Shown here in pieces: positions 53,291-62,402 of a DNA stretch of 64,000 nucleotides (position 1 is its first letter; every line of letters starts with the position of its first letter). The notes under the pieces are model-generated. The model was not told the DNA's origin and did no database searches. It saw only the letters and a list, made by a program, of their open reading frames with translations. The DNA lies in the NCBI GenBank assembly GCA_963720465.1, contig OY970393.1, positions 1,728,001 through 1,792,000 of the forward strand. Direction: 5' to 3'. Origin of the DNA: Methanobacteriota archaeon. Lineage in GTDB: Archaea; Halobacteriota; Bog-38; Methanoflorentales; Methanoflorentaceae. The position numbers were made by a program, and so were the translations under genes.

Positions 53291-54097
53291 CTAGCGCACG
53301 ACGATGAAAGCAACCACGAGGAAAGCAACCGCGTTATTGAGCATGTGCAAGGCGATAGGGGCCATCAAATTGTCGGTCTTCTCGTACACGTACGCCAGTA
53401 CAATGCCGATCACGAACAGCTGAACGGCGGCGAGCGGTTCTAAATGGATGGCCGAAAAGAGTGCAGCGCTCATTACGATAGCATACCACGGCTTAAAGCG
53501 GTCTCTAAAAGCTTTGTAGAGGTACCCTCGGAACACGATTTCTTCGCATATAGGGGCGATAATGACCCCGGACAAGAGAACGAGGGGCAACAGCCCCGAT
53601 ACGGTCGCTGACTGTGACAATGCCTGCTGCGTTACGTCAACGCCGAAGTATTGCTCGATCGGGTAGCCGACGATAGCTGCAACGACAAACGCAACAACGA
53701 ATCCCACTACTCCATAAAGAAGCGCTTTCGGCAATTTCTTCGTCTTCAATCCGAGCGAAGAGAGCTTCTCTTTGTAGAAACTGAGGACAAGTGCTACGAT
53801 GAGTGCAACGGAAACGATGTCCGCGACGATCAGCAACCAAAAGGTCACCGCGGTGAAAGCTCCTGAAGCTGTAGCGAGCACTTCGCTGGAAGAAATTACG
53901 CCCGCACGAACAAGAATCGGGGTTAAGAACAGCGACACGCTGAACTGACCTACGAGATAGAGCAATAACCCCAATATGATAGACCATTTCTTACGCAGTG
54001 GCGTGCGAGACACATAAATGTCGTATGGGCTTGTAGGATGGAACTCATCCCAGTCGATGGCTTCGAGCGACTTGTCGTTTTCGTTACCGGTGGGCAT
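53291..54097 (-). CDS. CPBP (Abi/CAAX) intramembrane metalloprotease
   Basis: EEIVFRG, FSAIH, HMLNN. Confidence 0.93.
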   Translation of the reverse strand: MPTGNENDKSLEAIDWDEFHPTSPYDIYVSRTPLRKKWSIILGLLLYLVGQFSVSLFLTPILVRAGVISSSEVLATASGAFTAVTFWLLIVADIVSVALIVALVLSFYKEKLSSLGLKTKKLPKALLYGVVGFVVAFVVAAIVGYPIEQYFGVDVTQQALSQSATVSGLLPLVLLSGVIIAPICEEIVFRGYLYKAFRDRFKPWYAIVMSAALFSAIHLEPLAAVQLFVIGIVLAYVYEKTDNLMAPIALHMLNNAVAFLVVAFIVVR

Positions 54098-54275
54098 CGT
54101 GTTCTGTTCCTGCTAACGTGGCTGCCTCATTATAAACCCTTTCCCAGCGCACGGCGCGACGCCCCTTGACGCGCAAAAGCGGTGAGCAAAGAGTCCAAAG
54201 CGACCGACGGTATGTTTATGAACTCAAGCGTGCATATTATTTTTGTATAAATCGACAATAAGGTGATTACTACAT

Positions 54276-55163
54276 ATGAAAGGTAAGTGGGGCAGTGACG
54301 TCGGGCTTTCAGCCCGCATGCTGCTGACCATGATTTTGCTTGGGCTTGTGTACGTAGCGTTTATAGGCATCATCTTGGTCTTCGTGCAAAACATCGCGAT
54401 CATAGTCGTTTTTGTGGCACTGTTTCTGGGAGCGCAGTACTATTTCTCAGACCGAGTCGTGCTCGCTGCGAGCGGAGCGCACATCGTCAGTGAGGACGAA
54501 GCTCCCGAGCTCCACAGCGCGATCGAACGCCTGTGCGCCATGGCGGACCTTCCAAAGCCGAAGGTAGCTATCGCAAACAGCGCAGTCCCGAACGCCTTTG
54601 CGACCGGGCGCAGTCAGAACCACGCGGTGGTAGCCGTTACGAGTTCACTCCTCCAACGACTTGAGGAGCCGGAAGTGGAGGCTGTGCTTGCGCACGAGTT
54701 GTCACACGTCAAGAACAGAGATATGCTCGTTATGACTATCGCGAGCTTCGTCACGACGATTGCGGGTTTCCTCATGCGCTTCTGGTTCTTCATGGGCGTA
54801 GGTGGCGGCCGGAGGGACAACAACATCTTTCTTTTCTTCATCGCGCTCGCGGCGATATGGATCGTTAGTTTCCTCATCACGCGGGCGCTCTCGCGCTACC
54901 GCGAGTACGCGGCCGATCGAGGCTCTGCCATCATCACAGCGCACCCGGCAAACCTCGCCAGTGCGCTGCTCAAAATAAGTGGCTACATCGAACGCGTTCC
55001 AACGGAGGATATCCGCAAAGTTGAGGGTATAAGCCAGTTCTTCATCATACCTGCAATATCGAGAGGCTCTGCACTAAACCTCCTATCGACTCATCCGCCC
55101 ATTGAAAAGCGGATCGAGCGACTGCGGCAGATGGAGACGGAACTTGCAGGACAGAGTGGCTAA
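54276..55163 (+). CDS. htpX: zinc metalloprotease HtpX
   Basis: PNAFATG, HELSH, SRYREYAAD, STHPP. Confidence 0.96.
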   Translation: MKGKWGSDVGLSARMLLTMILLGLVYVAFIGIILVFVQNIAIIVVFVALFLGAQYYFSDRVVLAASGAHIVSEDEAPELHSAIERLCAMADLPKPKVAIANSAVPNAFATGRSQNHAVVAVTSSLLQRLEEPEVEAVLAHELSHVKNRDMLVMTIASFVTTIAGFLMRFWFFMGVGGGRRDNNIFLFFIALAAIWIVSFLITRALSRYREYAADRGSAIITAHPANLASALLKISGYIERVPTEDIRKVEGISQFFIIPAISRGSALNLLSTHPPIEKRIERLRQMETELAGQSG

Positions 55164-55176
55164 GGGCGTGCGAGCT

Positions 55177-55917
55177 TCAGCGACGATCCGGGCCAACGCG
55201 GCTGAGCTCGACGATTTCTAGAATCTCTGCCATATCGCGTATTTCGAAGTCCGGGCGTATTTCGGGCTTTGGAATGCGCTGCTTTTTATTGTACCAGATA
55301 GCCGTCAACCCTGCCTTTTTTGCTCCCAAAATATCAGAAGTGATCGTATCCCCGACGAAGGCCGTTGCTTCCCGTCCTATGTCCATCTTGCGTATGGCCT
55401 CGTTGAATAGTCGCGAATGTGGTTTGTAGACTTGAAGTTCTTCAGAGGTGACGATCACGTCAAAAAGGTCAGAGACCCCGTTGAGATGGGCCGACAACTC
55501 CTCGGCGTCTCCGTTTGAAACCATTCCGAGCCTGCATCCGTTTGTGCAAAGTATTTCGAGCGTCTTTTTGACGTTCGGAAGAATGGTAACAGCTTCGTCG
55601 AGCATTTTCTTGAAGATGCGGTTCAGCTCTTCAACGTAAGCGTCCGGCACGTCTATCCCGTAACGCTGAAAGACGTTTTTTGCGCTAATTCCATAAAGAT
55701 CGCGCATATTTCTAAACTCGCCACAGTACGCGATCACGTCGCGGAATGCGCACTCAAACTCTTCGCTCCAGAAGGCGTTGAACTCTTCAACCGATGTGGT
55801 AATGCCGAAGAACGTATTTGATTGCTGGACGACGTGTTTCGTTATGTCCCGGTGGTACGTGCCGACATCGAGCACGGTGCCATAGGCGTCAAAGAGGACT
55901 GCTTCTGTCCCAATCAT
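55177..55917 (-). CDS. HAD-superfamily hydrolase
   Basis: FDAYGTVLD, SNG, YKP, VGD...DILGA. Confidence 0.93.
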   Translation of the reverse strand: MIGTEAVLFDAYGTVLDVGTYHRDITKHVVQQSNTFFGITTSVEEFNAFWSEEFECAFRDVIAYCGEFRNMRDLYGISAKNVFQRYGIDVPDAYVEELNRIFKKMLDEAVTILPNVKKTLEILCTNGCRLGMVSNGDAEELSAHLNGVSDLFDVIVTSEELQVYKPHSRLFNEAIRKMDIGREATAFVGDTITSDILGAKKAGLTAIWYNKKQRIPKPEIRPDFEIRDMAEILEIVELSRVGPDRR

Positions 55918-56620
55918 CAGCTAAATGTTTGCGTGGAAAGGTAAATACCTGTTTGTGAGGCGAAAAGGCCGGCCATCCGTTCTACTGTTAGAACTGTAAT
56001 TCTGCTGTAATTCTGTTTCCCATCTACGTGGAAGCGGCGGTGATCTTCGACGGCGGCAGATAACGTGAGCGTCGCTGATGCGGTGCACGAGGAGAATGTA
56101 TAGAAACAGCGGCTTATGACTTCGTTGCTAATCTTTCACTTCGTGAACTTCACACGAGCGCTGGGCAAATCGTTTACACGTGTGCTTTCTTCATCTGGAG
56201 TCGCACCGCGCTTTTTTTTGCACAACGCACGGGGCCAGTGAAAAGTCTCGCAAACAAAGACTAAAAAACAGAAAGGGGGTGAAAAACGGCCGGATCGCGC
56301 ATCCAAGCCGTTTGGCCCAGCAAGATGACGAACCGAGAGCTTTTCTTGCCGACCGAGGCAGGCCCGCATCTTTGGACGCACAGCCACAACCGAGTTGTGA
56401 CTAGCTCTCATTCTGTGTGCAAACGCTTAAGCGTGTCGTAAGGAAAGTATAGAGACTACGGCTAGCTGAACGAAGACGTCAGACGCCGATATTGCGGCGT
56501 GATCAGCCGTGCGGACAAGCTTTGGCGCGCGAGACGCTGCTCGGGAGGTCTATATAGAGTATGAGGGATGCGTTGACATAGATCTCTCTCCTCTATTGAC
56601 TATGGAGGTGAGAGAGAAAG

Positions 56621-56839
56621 ATGCAAGCGAAAGAGAAACTGGAGAAACCCCTCAAGTGGTTTATCCTGCCGAACGAATCGTACAAGTGGGACTTCATCCT
56701 TGAGAAGTACGTTGTTGAGGATTCTCAGCAGGAGGTCGCTACCGAAAGCGTCATGACTCAACGGCTTGATGATGGGTTTGACAAGGACTATATCGTCACG
56801 CACAAGAGACGAAAACAACGAGACCGCTACTACTATTGA
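56621..56839 (+). CDS. small hypothetical protein
   Basis: TATA-like TATATA and GGAGGTGA SD upstream. Confidence 0.6.
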   Translation: MQAKEKLEKPLKWFILPNESYKWDFILEKYVVEDSQQEVATESVMTQRLDDGFDKDYIVTHKRRKQRDRYYY

Positions 56840-57021
56840 GCGGTAGAGCTCTACGCTTATTTTTGCGCAACGTACTCATTTTTTTGTCTTGAGCAGGCGA
56901 GAGCGCATCGGATGGCACGCCCTTTCGCCCAGTCAATTCACGCCGGCCGTTCTTCTTTGCATTTTTTTAACACCAAAAATACGCTTCTTCAAGCGAACCA
57001 TTGGCACAGGCACCAAGATGG

Positions 57022-57162
57022 TCACGAGTTCGAGTTGCTTTTAACGAGTATATTCACTCGTGCGCACTGGATGCAGTACAGTTCGTGACGACTGAGCACC
57101 CACCCGTTGGTCAGGACATTATCGCCACAGACTGAACAGCGCGGTCTATCGGTCTTCATCAT
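57022..57162 (-). CDS. small zinc-finger protein
   Basis: CSVCG...YCIQC. Confidence 0.45.
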   Translation of the reverse strand: MMKTDRPRCSVCGDNVLTNGWVLSRHELYCIQCARVNILVKSNSNS

Positions 57163-57184
57163 CGTCACGATTCGTTGCAAAGCA

Positions 57185-57367
57185 TTAATGAAAAAAGGTG
57201 GTTGGAAGGAACCCACTAAGGATCGACACGGCGAAGCTAATATCTTCGAGGGCGCGTTCAAGATAATAGACGCACGCTTCGTCCTTCACCCTCAGACACT
57301 CTTTCGAGCATTCCCCATACAGGTGGTCGTAGCAGTTCACCACTTTTTCAACTTGGTCGGTGTGTAT
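57185..57367 (-). CDS. small Cys-rich protein (ATA start or downstream GTG)
   Basis: AGGAGGTGA SD 6 nt before ATA; IHTDQVEKVVNCYDHLYGECSKECLRVKDEACVYYLE.. Confidence 0.45.
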   Translation of the reverse strand: MHTDQVEKVVNCYDHLYGECSKECLRVKDEACVYYLERALEDISFAVSILSGFLPTTFFH

Positions 57368-57454
57368 CGCGCATCACCTCCTTGAGCGAGGCTTGCGTCA
57401 GACCGCCGATATATGTTTCCTCTGTGCTCTCCCAAGTCACACTTCCTCTCCCGA

Positions 57455-57515
57455 GTTGACACGGCGCGTTGACACGGCGCGTTGACACGGCGCGTTGACA
57501 CGGCGCGTTGACACG
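57455..57515. repeat. perfect 13-bp tandem repeat
   Basis: (GTTGACACGGCGC)x4 plus GTTGACACG. Confidence 0.97.
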
Positions 57516-58369
57516 CAGACCGGTGGGCGCAGGCTGAAAAGCGGCATCGAAAAACGGTTTGTCAGTGGTGAGCGCGGTGAAAAATGGTCAGCAGCACAAA
57601 GACGGAGAAGTCAATTTGCTGTTATACGCTCACCACAGGGAGACGAAATGAAGTTGACAGTCGCCCATAAACACAGGCTCGATCCTGATTGCAAGGGAGA
57701 ACGGCAGAGCACAGCACGGTTGAGCGTGGTTCCATTCTCCCGACCTTTTCCCGAGCAGGTTTTCTTACACGACCATATGATTGTTTGCGTCATGCCAAAA
57801 GTAGTCACTGCACAGAGAATACAGAATCTCTATATTTGTTCTGCACTCGTCTTGGCGGTCTTCTCTGTTCGATACTAGCTGTTTCCGAAAGCTAAGGCTC
57901 AGAGCAGACACAGGCAGCAACGCGCGTATGTACTTGCCAGAAATCGCCACTGCCGCGAAAGGAGACTCTATTCTCTCTCGAGAATAAGGTAAAGCAGTCG
58001 AAGCGCTCCTGGAATATCGAGTGGAGAAAGAAATGCGTCTTGGCCCATATTAGTGAGATTGTCCACGGCGCTCTCTTGTCGAAGGCAAAAATAATGCGCG
58101 ATACAATAACGGAGAGCCCGAGCCACAACCGATTGGCGCTGAAACAGCGAAATGCGAAGGATGCAAAGACAAGCGTTGTGGAGTGCTACACTGGCAGTCT
58201 GAATGGTGCTGGGGGCGACGATTCTGTTGGCGCCGTATCAGTAGGGCAGACCTTTGAGACTCAGTGCTATCCCTCGCAAACTCTCTCATTATATTCTGAC
58301 TCGAACAACAAAAAAAGGTGCTAAAGAGATGCGCGTCTACAAAGGTTGGTCTGCTACCTCGGAGGCATA

Positions 58370-58531
58370 ATGTCAGATCTTCTTGCAGTATTCTCCATTA
58401 TCGCAATCTCGCTTGCAGCGATCACTATTGCTATCCACTTGCTTCCATTGCTCATCCTAGCCGCACTTGTGCTGCTTGCGGTATCGAGTTCATTCTTGCG
58501 AAACCGTCCACAAAGATCTCTCTTGCATTAG
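58370..58531 (+). CDS. small membrane protein
   Basis: GGAGG SD; long hydrophobic stretch and basic tail. Confidence 0.55.
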   Translation: MSDLLAVFSIIAISLAAITIAIHLLPLLILAALVLLAVSSSFLRNRPQRSLLH

Positions 58532-58805
58532 TTCGACCATTTTCCGCTTCTTGTCGGTCGCATTCTCCGTCTGTTCATATTACAAGCGACCGTTTCTTGC
58601 ATATGCTCTAGTGAAGTGCCAAAAGTGCGTCTAAAAGAGTGGAGAAGAAGACGTGACCCCCTTGGGGAGGTACGAGCAGCTTAATAGCAACTCTCGCATG
58701 AACAGAGGCACTGATCTGGGATGTACGCGCGCCTGGGGCCGTCACTTCACGCACAATGGATGGGGCATTTTTATCTACTGATGGGGCAACATACGAAGCA
58801 AATTG

Positions 58806-59054
58806 ATGAATGCTGATGAGAAACACGTAAAGAGGGTAAAAATTCGTTTGCACGAGCTGCGGGAAGCGTCGGATGCGGCCGAGCTCGATAAGTTCCTTGC
58901 GCGGCGAAAAGGAATCATCAATGTCGAGGTGATCCCTGATTTTTTCACCGTCACGGTGACGTACGATGAGCGCCTAACGACACCAAGGCAGATCATTGCC
59001 GATTTAAGCAGCATCCGTTTTACCCCGGAAGGCTCAATTCTACTCACTGACTAG
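58806..59054 (+). CDS. HMA-like domain protein lacking CxxC
   Basis: KGIINVEV..VTVTYD..PRQII pattern. Confidence 0.6.
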   Translation: MNADEKHVKRVKIRLHELREASDAAELDKFLARRKGIINVEVIPDFFTVTVTYDERLTTPRQIIADLSSIRFTPEGSILLTD

Positions 59055-59160
59055 AGTGCTGGAGGTATCAATGAATCGTCAACAACCACGCATGCAGCGC
59101 TGGATCGGCTCACGTAGCTCGACCGCCTCTTTCACGTCTCACGCTAACGGTTGAAATGCC

Positions 59161-59718
59161 ATGGGGTTTCTGGACGCACTGCTCGGAAGGACGAAAGGCA
59201 TCGCGCCTAAGGTCAATAGCCTTTTTTCAATGGCGACCGCCTACATCACGCTGAGCACACAGTTTAGCGTACAACCAACGGGCAAAGCTGGCATCTGTTT
59301 CAAGCCCGTTGAATCGGGCGGCTTTTCGAAGTGTGAGAGCGAGATTGAGGAGCTGCTGAAAATCAGCGAGACCACTTTTGAGATCAAGCAGGACGAGTTT
59401 GGTTACGTCTGGGTCATCGTATCCGACGCACAATTTGAGAACGTTGTCTCAGACCTCCACGCGGTGAGCTCGACGCTTATCGACGGCGGATACGGTGAGC
59501 AGATCCTGTGCGCGGTGTTTCCATTTAGAAATGAAAAAAGGATTTTTTGGATCTATAACTACAAGCGCGGCCTTTTTTATCCATTTGTGCTTGCTGACGC
59601 GAAGCAGCATAAGCGCGACTACGCGTATGAGTTCCGGCTTCGGTCGGTTATGCAATCAGAGCTCCCGATAGAGCAAGAGCTGGAGCGCTGGTACCCGCTC
59701 TGGGACGTGCCGCTTTAG
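59161..59718 (+). CDS. pspAB: PspA-associated protein PspAB
   Basis: MGFLDALLGR, YNYKRG.FYPF, ERWYPLW. Confidence 0.85.
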   Translation: MGFLDALLGRTKGIAPKVNSLFSMATAYITLSTQFSVQPTGKAGICFKPVESGGFSKCESEIEELLKISETTFEIKQDEFGYVWVIVSDAQFENVVSDLHAVSSTLIDGGYGEQILCAVFPFRNEKRIFWIYNYKRGLFYPFVLADAKQHKRDYAYEFRLRSVMQSELPIEQELERWYPLWDVPL

Positions 59719-59726
59719 TGGGACGG

Positions 59727-60005
59727 TCACCCTGGGATGACGCCCTCCTTTGTGAATAACTTTCGCGCTTCGTCCGGCGTTATGTCAGGTGAAGGAACGA
59801 TCAGATCTGAGGCACGTATTTCAGCGGGATCGAGAGGTGTGCCCTTCTCTCGGATGATGTGTATCATCTCGTGCAAGCAGCCGTTGAAGTCGTCGACTTG
59901 CTCATGGCCGAGGTGATCGACCATGCAGACGTCGAGTTCATTCAGCTTATCGAGATATTTGCTATCGAGCACGTACTGGTTCTCACCAAGGATACGCACG
60001 ATCAT
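59727..60005 (-). CDS. pspAA: PspA-associated protein PspAA
   Basis: MIVRILGENQY..LNELD..SDLIVP..EGVIPG; ATGA overlap with pspA. Confidence 0.88.
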   Translation of the reverse strand: MIVRILGENQYVLDSKYLDKLNELDVCMVDHLGHEQVDDFNGCLHEMIHIIREKGTPLDPAEIRASDLIVPSPDITPDEARKLFTKEGVIPG

Positions 60006-60742
60006 TGCTGCGCCTCCTGTGCTTCCTCTTTTTCCGCCTTCTTCTTAACGGGAACCTGTTGCTTTAAGATCTTGAGCTCTTGATCGACCTCATCACTCGA
60101 CTTGATCTTCCCCAGTTCCTCTTCGACCTTTGTCTGGTCGCTCGTCACATCCTGGAGCGTACCTGCGTCAATAAGCTCGTCGAGCGCCTGTGACCGCGCT
60201 TTCATCGTTTCCGTCTTATCCTGGGCACGCTGAACGGACATTCCTACGTCGGCCATTTCCTCGGAGATTCCCGTAACGGATTCCGTGATCTTGACCTGCG
60301 CTTCGGCCGCGGAGTACTGCGCCTTGATGGTCTCCTTCTTCGTTCTAAACGCTTCGACTTTAGCAGAGAGCCGCGTTTCCGTGTTTATGAGCTTTGCCTG
60401 CTCATTTTCGAGATCGGCAATCTGTGCGGTGAGTGACTCGATCTGCGTCATGTTATCTTTTTTCCGCTCGAGCGCAAGGCGCGCAAGATCGTCGCGACCA
60501 AGGCTTACCGCTTCCCGCGCCTGATTGTTAAGATCTTCGATGTTTGATTCAAGTTTGGCTTTCTGAAGTTCGAGTCGCTTCTTAGCGGTAACGACGTCGG
60601 CGATCCCCCGCTTCACATTGGTGAGCAGCTCGAGCTGCTTTTGGTAGGAGTAATCAAGCGTTTCGCGTGGATCTTCGTGTCTATCAAGAAACGAACTGAT
60701 TTTTGCCTTAATCATCGTCGTGAGACGATCTAGTATCCCCAT
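60002..60742 (-). CDS. pspA: PspA/IM30 family protein
   Basis: MGILDRL..EDPRETLD, GRDDLARLAL, long coiled coil. Confidence 0.95.
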   Translation of the reverse strand: MGILDRLTTMIKAKISSFLDRHEDPRETLDYSYQKQLELLTNVKRGIADVVTAKKRLELQKAKLESNIEDLNNQAREAVSLGRDDLARLALERKKDNMTQIESLTAQIADLENEQAKLINTETRLSAKVEAFRTKKETIKAQYSAAEAQVKITESVTGISEEMADVGMSVQRAQDKTETMKARSQALDELIDAGTLQDVTSDQTKVEEELGKIKSSDEVDQELKILKQQVPVKKKAEKEEAQEAQQ

Positions 60743-60830
60743 GTCTTTCCTCCTAATGATAGGTGGTGGCGTATTCTGTATAGTCTAAACGTCAATGGTA
60801 TTCCTTAACTAAATAGCTTCGTCGCTCAAC

Positions 60831-61571
60831 ATGCGCGATGAAATCGAAACGGCTAAACGCAAGCGATTCATGTGCTCCTTTGTGGAGCTCTCGCATGTAG
60901 AGAAGGAAGCAGCTGGAAGATCTATCGCAGAGTTGGTCAATGACGGAATGATTGTGGGGCTTGGTACGGGCACGACCGTCGCTCACGCGATCGTTCATCT
61001 TGGGAGGCGGATCGCTGATGAAGGGCTTTCGATTTCGGGCGTTCCCACGTCGTACCAGTCGATGCTGCTAGCGATCGAGCACCGCGTGCCGCTGGCGTCC
61101 CTTTACGAGCACGAGGTCATCGATATCGCGCTGGACGGCGCTGATCAAGTCGATTCGCGCCTAAACCTCATCAAAGGGGGCGGAGGGGCGCACACGCGCG
61201 AGAAAATCGTTGCGCACGCAGCACGGCGATTCTGCGTCGCGGTCGATGCTTCAAAACTCGCGCCGCGTCTAAATCTGCCGGTACCGCTTGAGGTGTTGCC
61301 CTTCGCGTGTCCACTCGTGCGTCGGGATGTGCGCCGCATGGGGGCTTCGGCAAAACTTAGGCGATCTGAGCAAAATCGAGCGTATGTTACTGATCAGGGG
61401 AACCTCGTGCTCGACGCGCACTTTGGAATCATCAGAGATCCAAAAAAGTTGGCAATCGAACTATCCGTTATTGCCGGGGTGGTGGAGCACGGCATTTTTA
61501 CAGACGTCTCTGAGGTTCACGTCGCGCGCATTCGCGAAAAGAGGCCTACAGTCGAAATCTTAACGCCGTGA
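60831..61571 (+). CDS. rpiA: ribose-5-phosphate isomerase A (true start may be slightly downstream)
   Basis: GLGTGTT, DGADQVD, IKGGGGA, GVVEHGIF. Confidence 0.95.
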   Translation: MRDEIETAKRKRFMCSFVELSHVEKEAAGRSIAELVNDGMIVGLGTGTTVAHAIVHLGRRIADEGLSISGVPTSYQSMLLAIEHRVPLASLYEHEVIDIALDGADQVDSRLNLIKGGGGAHTREKIVAHAARRFCVAVDASKLAPRLNLPVPLEVLPFACPLVRRDVRRMGASAKLRRSEQNRAYVTDQGNLVLDAHFGIIRDPKKLAIELSVIAGVVEHGIFTDVSEVHVARIREKRPTVEILTP

Positions 61572-61588
61572 CGGGTTGCAGTATCGAA

Positions 61589-61981
61589 CTATTTCGTTAC
61601 TCCGACGGTCCGAGACAGGCTCCGGAGCATGGTGATCGTTTCCTCGTCTTGCTGTGCGTCGCGTTTTCGTGAGTCGTCGAGATGGTCAATGACATCGCAG
61701 AGTTCGATGGAGAGACGGTAACATTTGAGCGGGCGGCCTTTGCCCTCCTTTTTTTGCTCCCACTCTTCGATCCAACCACGTTCCCTTAGCTCGCGCATCG
61801 CTATACTGACTTCAGGTTGTCGCAAGCCAGCACCCAGTTCAATATTGCGGGACACCGATTCGTTGACGTTTGAAAGGTACACAAGTGCCTTCGCCAAGTT
61901 CCTCTTGAGGCCGATATTGCACAGGAGGTTACACATCACCTCCTCGTCTTGGTCGAATACCGGCATGGATTCGTCCCTCAT
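61589..61981 (-). CDS. archaeal winged-helix transcriptional regulator
   Basis: LRQPEVSIAMRELRERGW..GKGRP. Confidence 0.88.
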   Translation of the reverse strand: MRDESMPVFDQDEEVMCNLLCNIGLKRNLAKALVYLSNVNESVSRNIELGAGLRQPEVSIAMRELRERGWIEEWEQKKEGKGRPLKCYRLSIELCDVIDHLDDSRKRDAQQDEETITMLRSLSRTVGVTK

Positions 61982-62132
61982 TATATTCCCCTTACTATTT
62001 TTATCCGATAAATTATATTGACGATATAAATACGTTTTTAAATTATTTCGCCAATTTCCGTTCAGAAAGGCATTATTTTAATTATAGGCACATATTTATA
62101 TTATTTTTATATAAATGTGGCGGCTGCTTGCG

Positions 62133-62148
62133 ACAAAAGCCTTTTATA
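62133..62148 (+). promoter_or_regulatory. BRE/TATA for tRNA-Met
   Basis: ACAAAAG-CC-TTTTATA about 65 nt upstream of the mature tRNA. Confidence 0.55.
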
Positions 62149-62210
62149 GAGCGCTCATAATAGCGGGAGTATCTGTAGCATCCGCTGTGGCGCGCTATGG
62201 CATCTCGCGG

Positions 62211-62340
62211 GCCGGGGTGGCCTAGTAAGTTGTTGCATATAAGGCAGCGATCTAGACGGCTAAGGTGTCAGACTCATAGGGTATTCTGATACGACACCTG
62301 AGATATCTGAAGAGCGCGGGTTCAACTCCCGCCCCCGGCA
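62211..62340 (+). tRNA. tRNA-Met(CAT), elongator, with two introns (62228-62257 at 17/18; 62279-62304 at 37/38)
   Basis: Acceptor GCCGGGG/CCCCGGC, D-stem GCCT/AGGT, anticodon stem TCAGA/TCTGA, T-arm GCGGG-TTCAACT-CCCGC; both introns form strict BHB motifs. Confidence 0.93.
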
Positions 62341-62402
62341 TGCTCTATTCTTCGACCAATAGTTATATATGCCCAACTTTTCTATATAATTCTCAGATTT
62401 TT

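Noticed and set aside
57455-57515. CRISPR array
   Set aside because: Units are 13 bp, contiguous, without spacers, and there are no cas genes
62211-62340. Initiator tRNA-Met or tRNA-Ile2
   Set aside because: No A1-U72 pair or GGG/CCC anticodon stem of initiators. The TCAGA/TCTGA stem with a 37/38 intron fits elongator Met, although Ile2 is not formally excluded.
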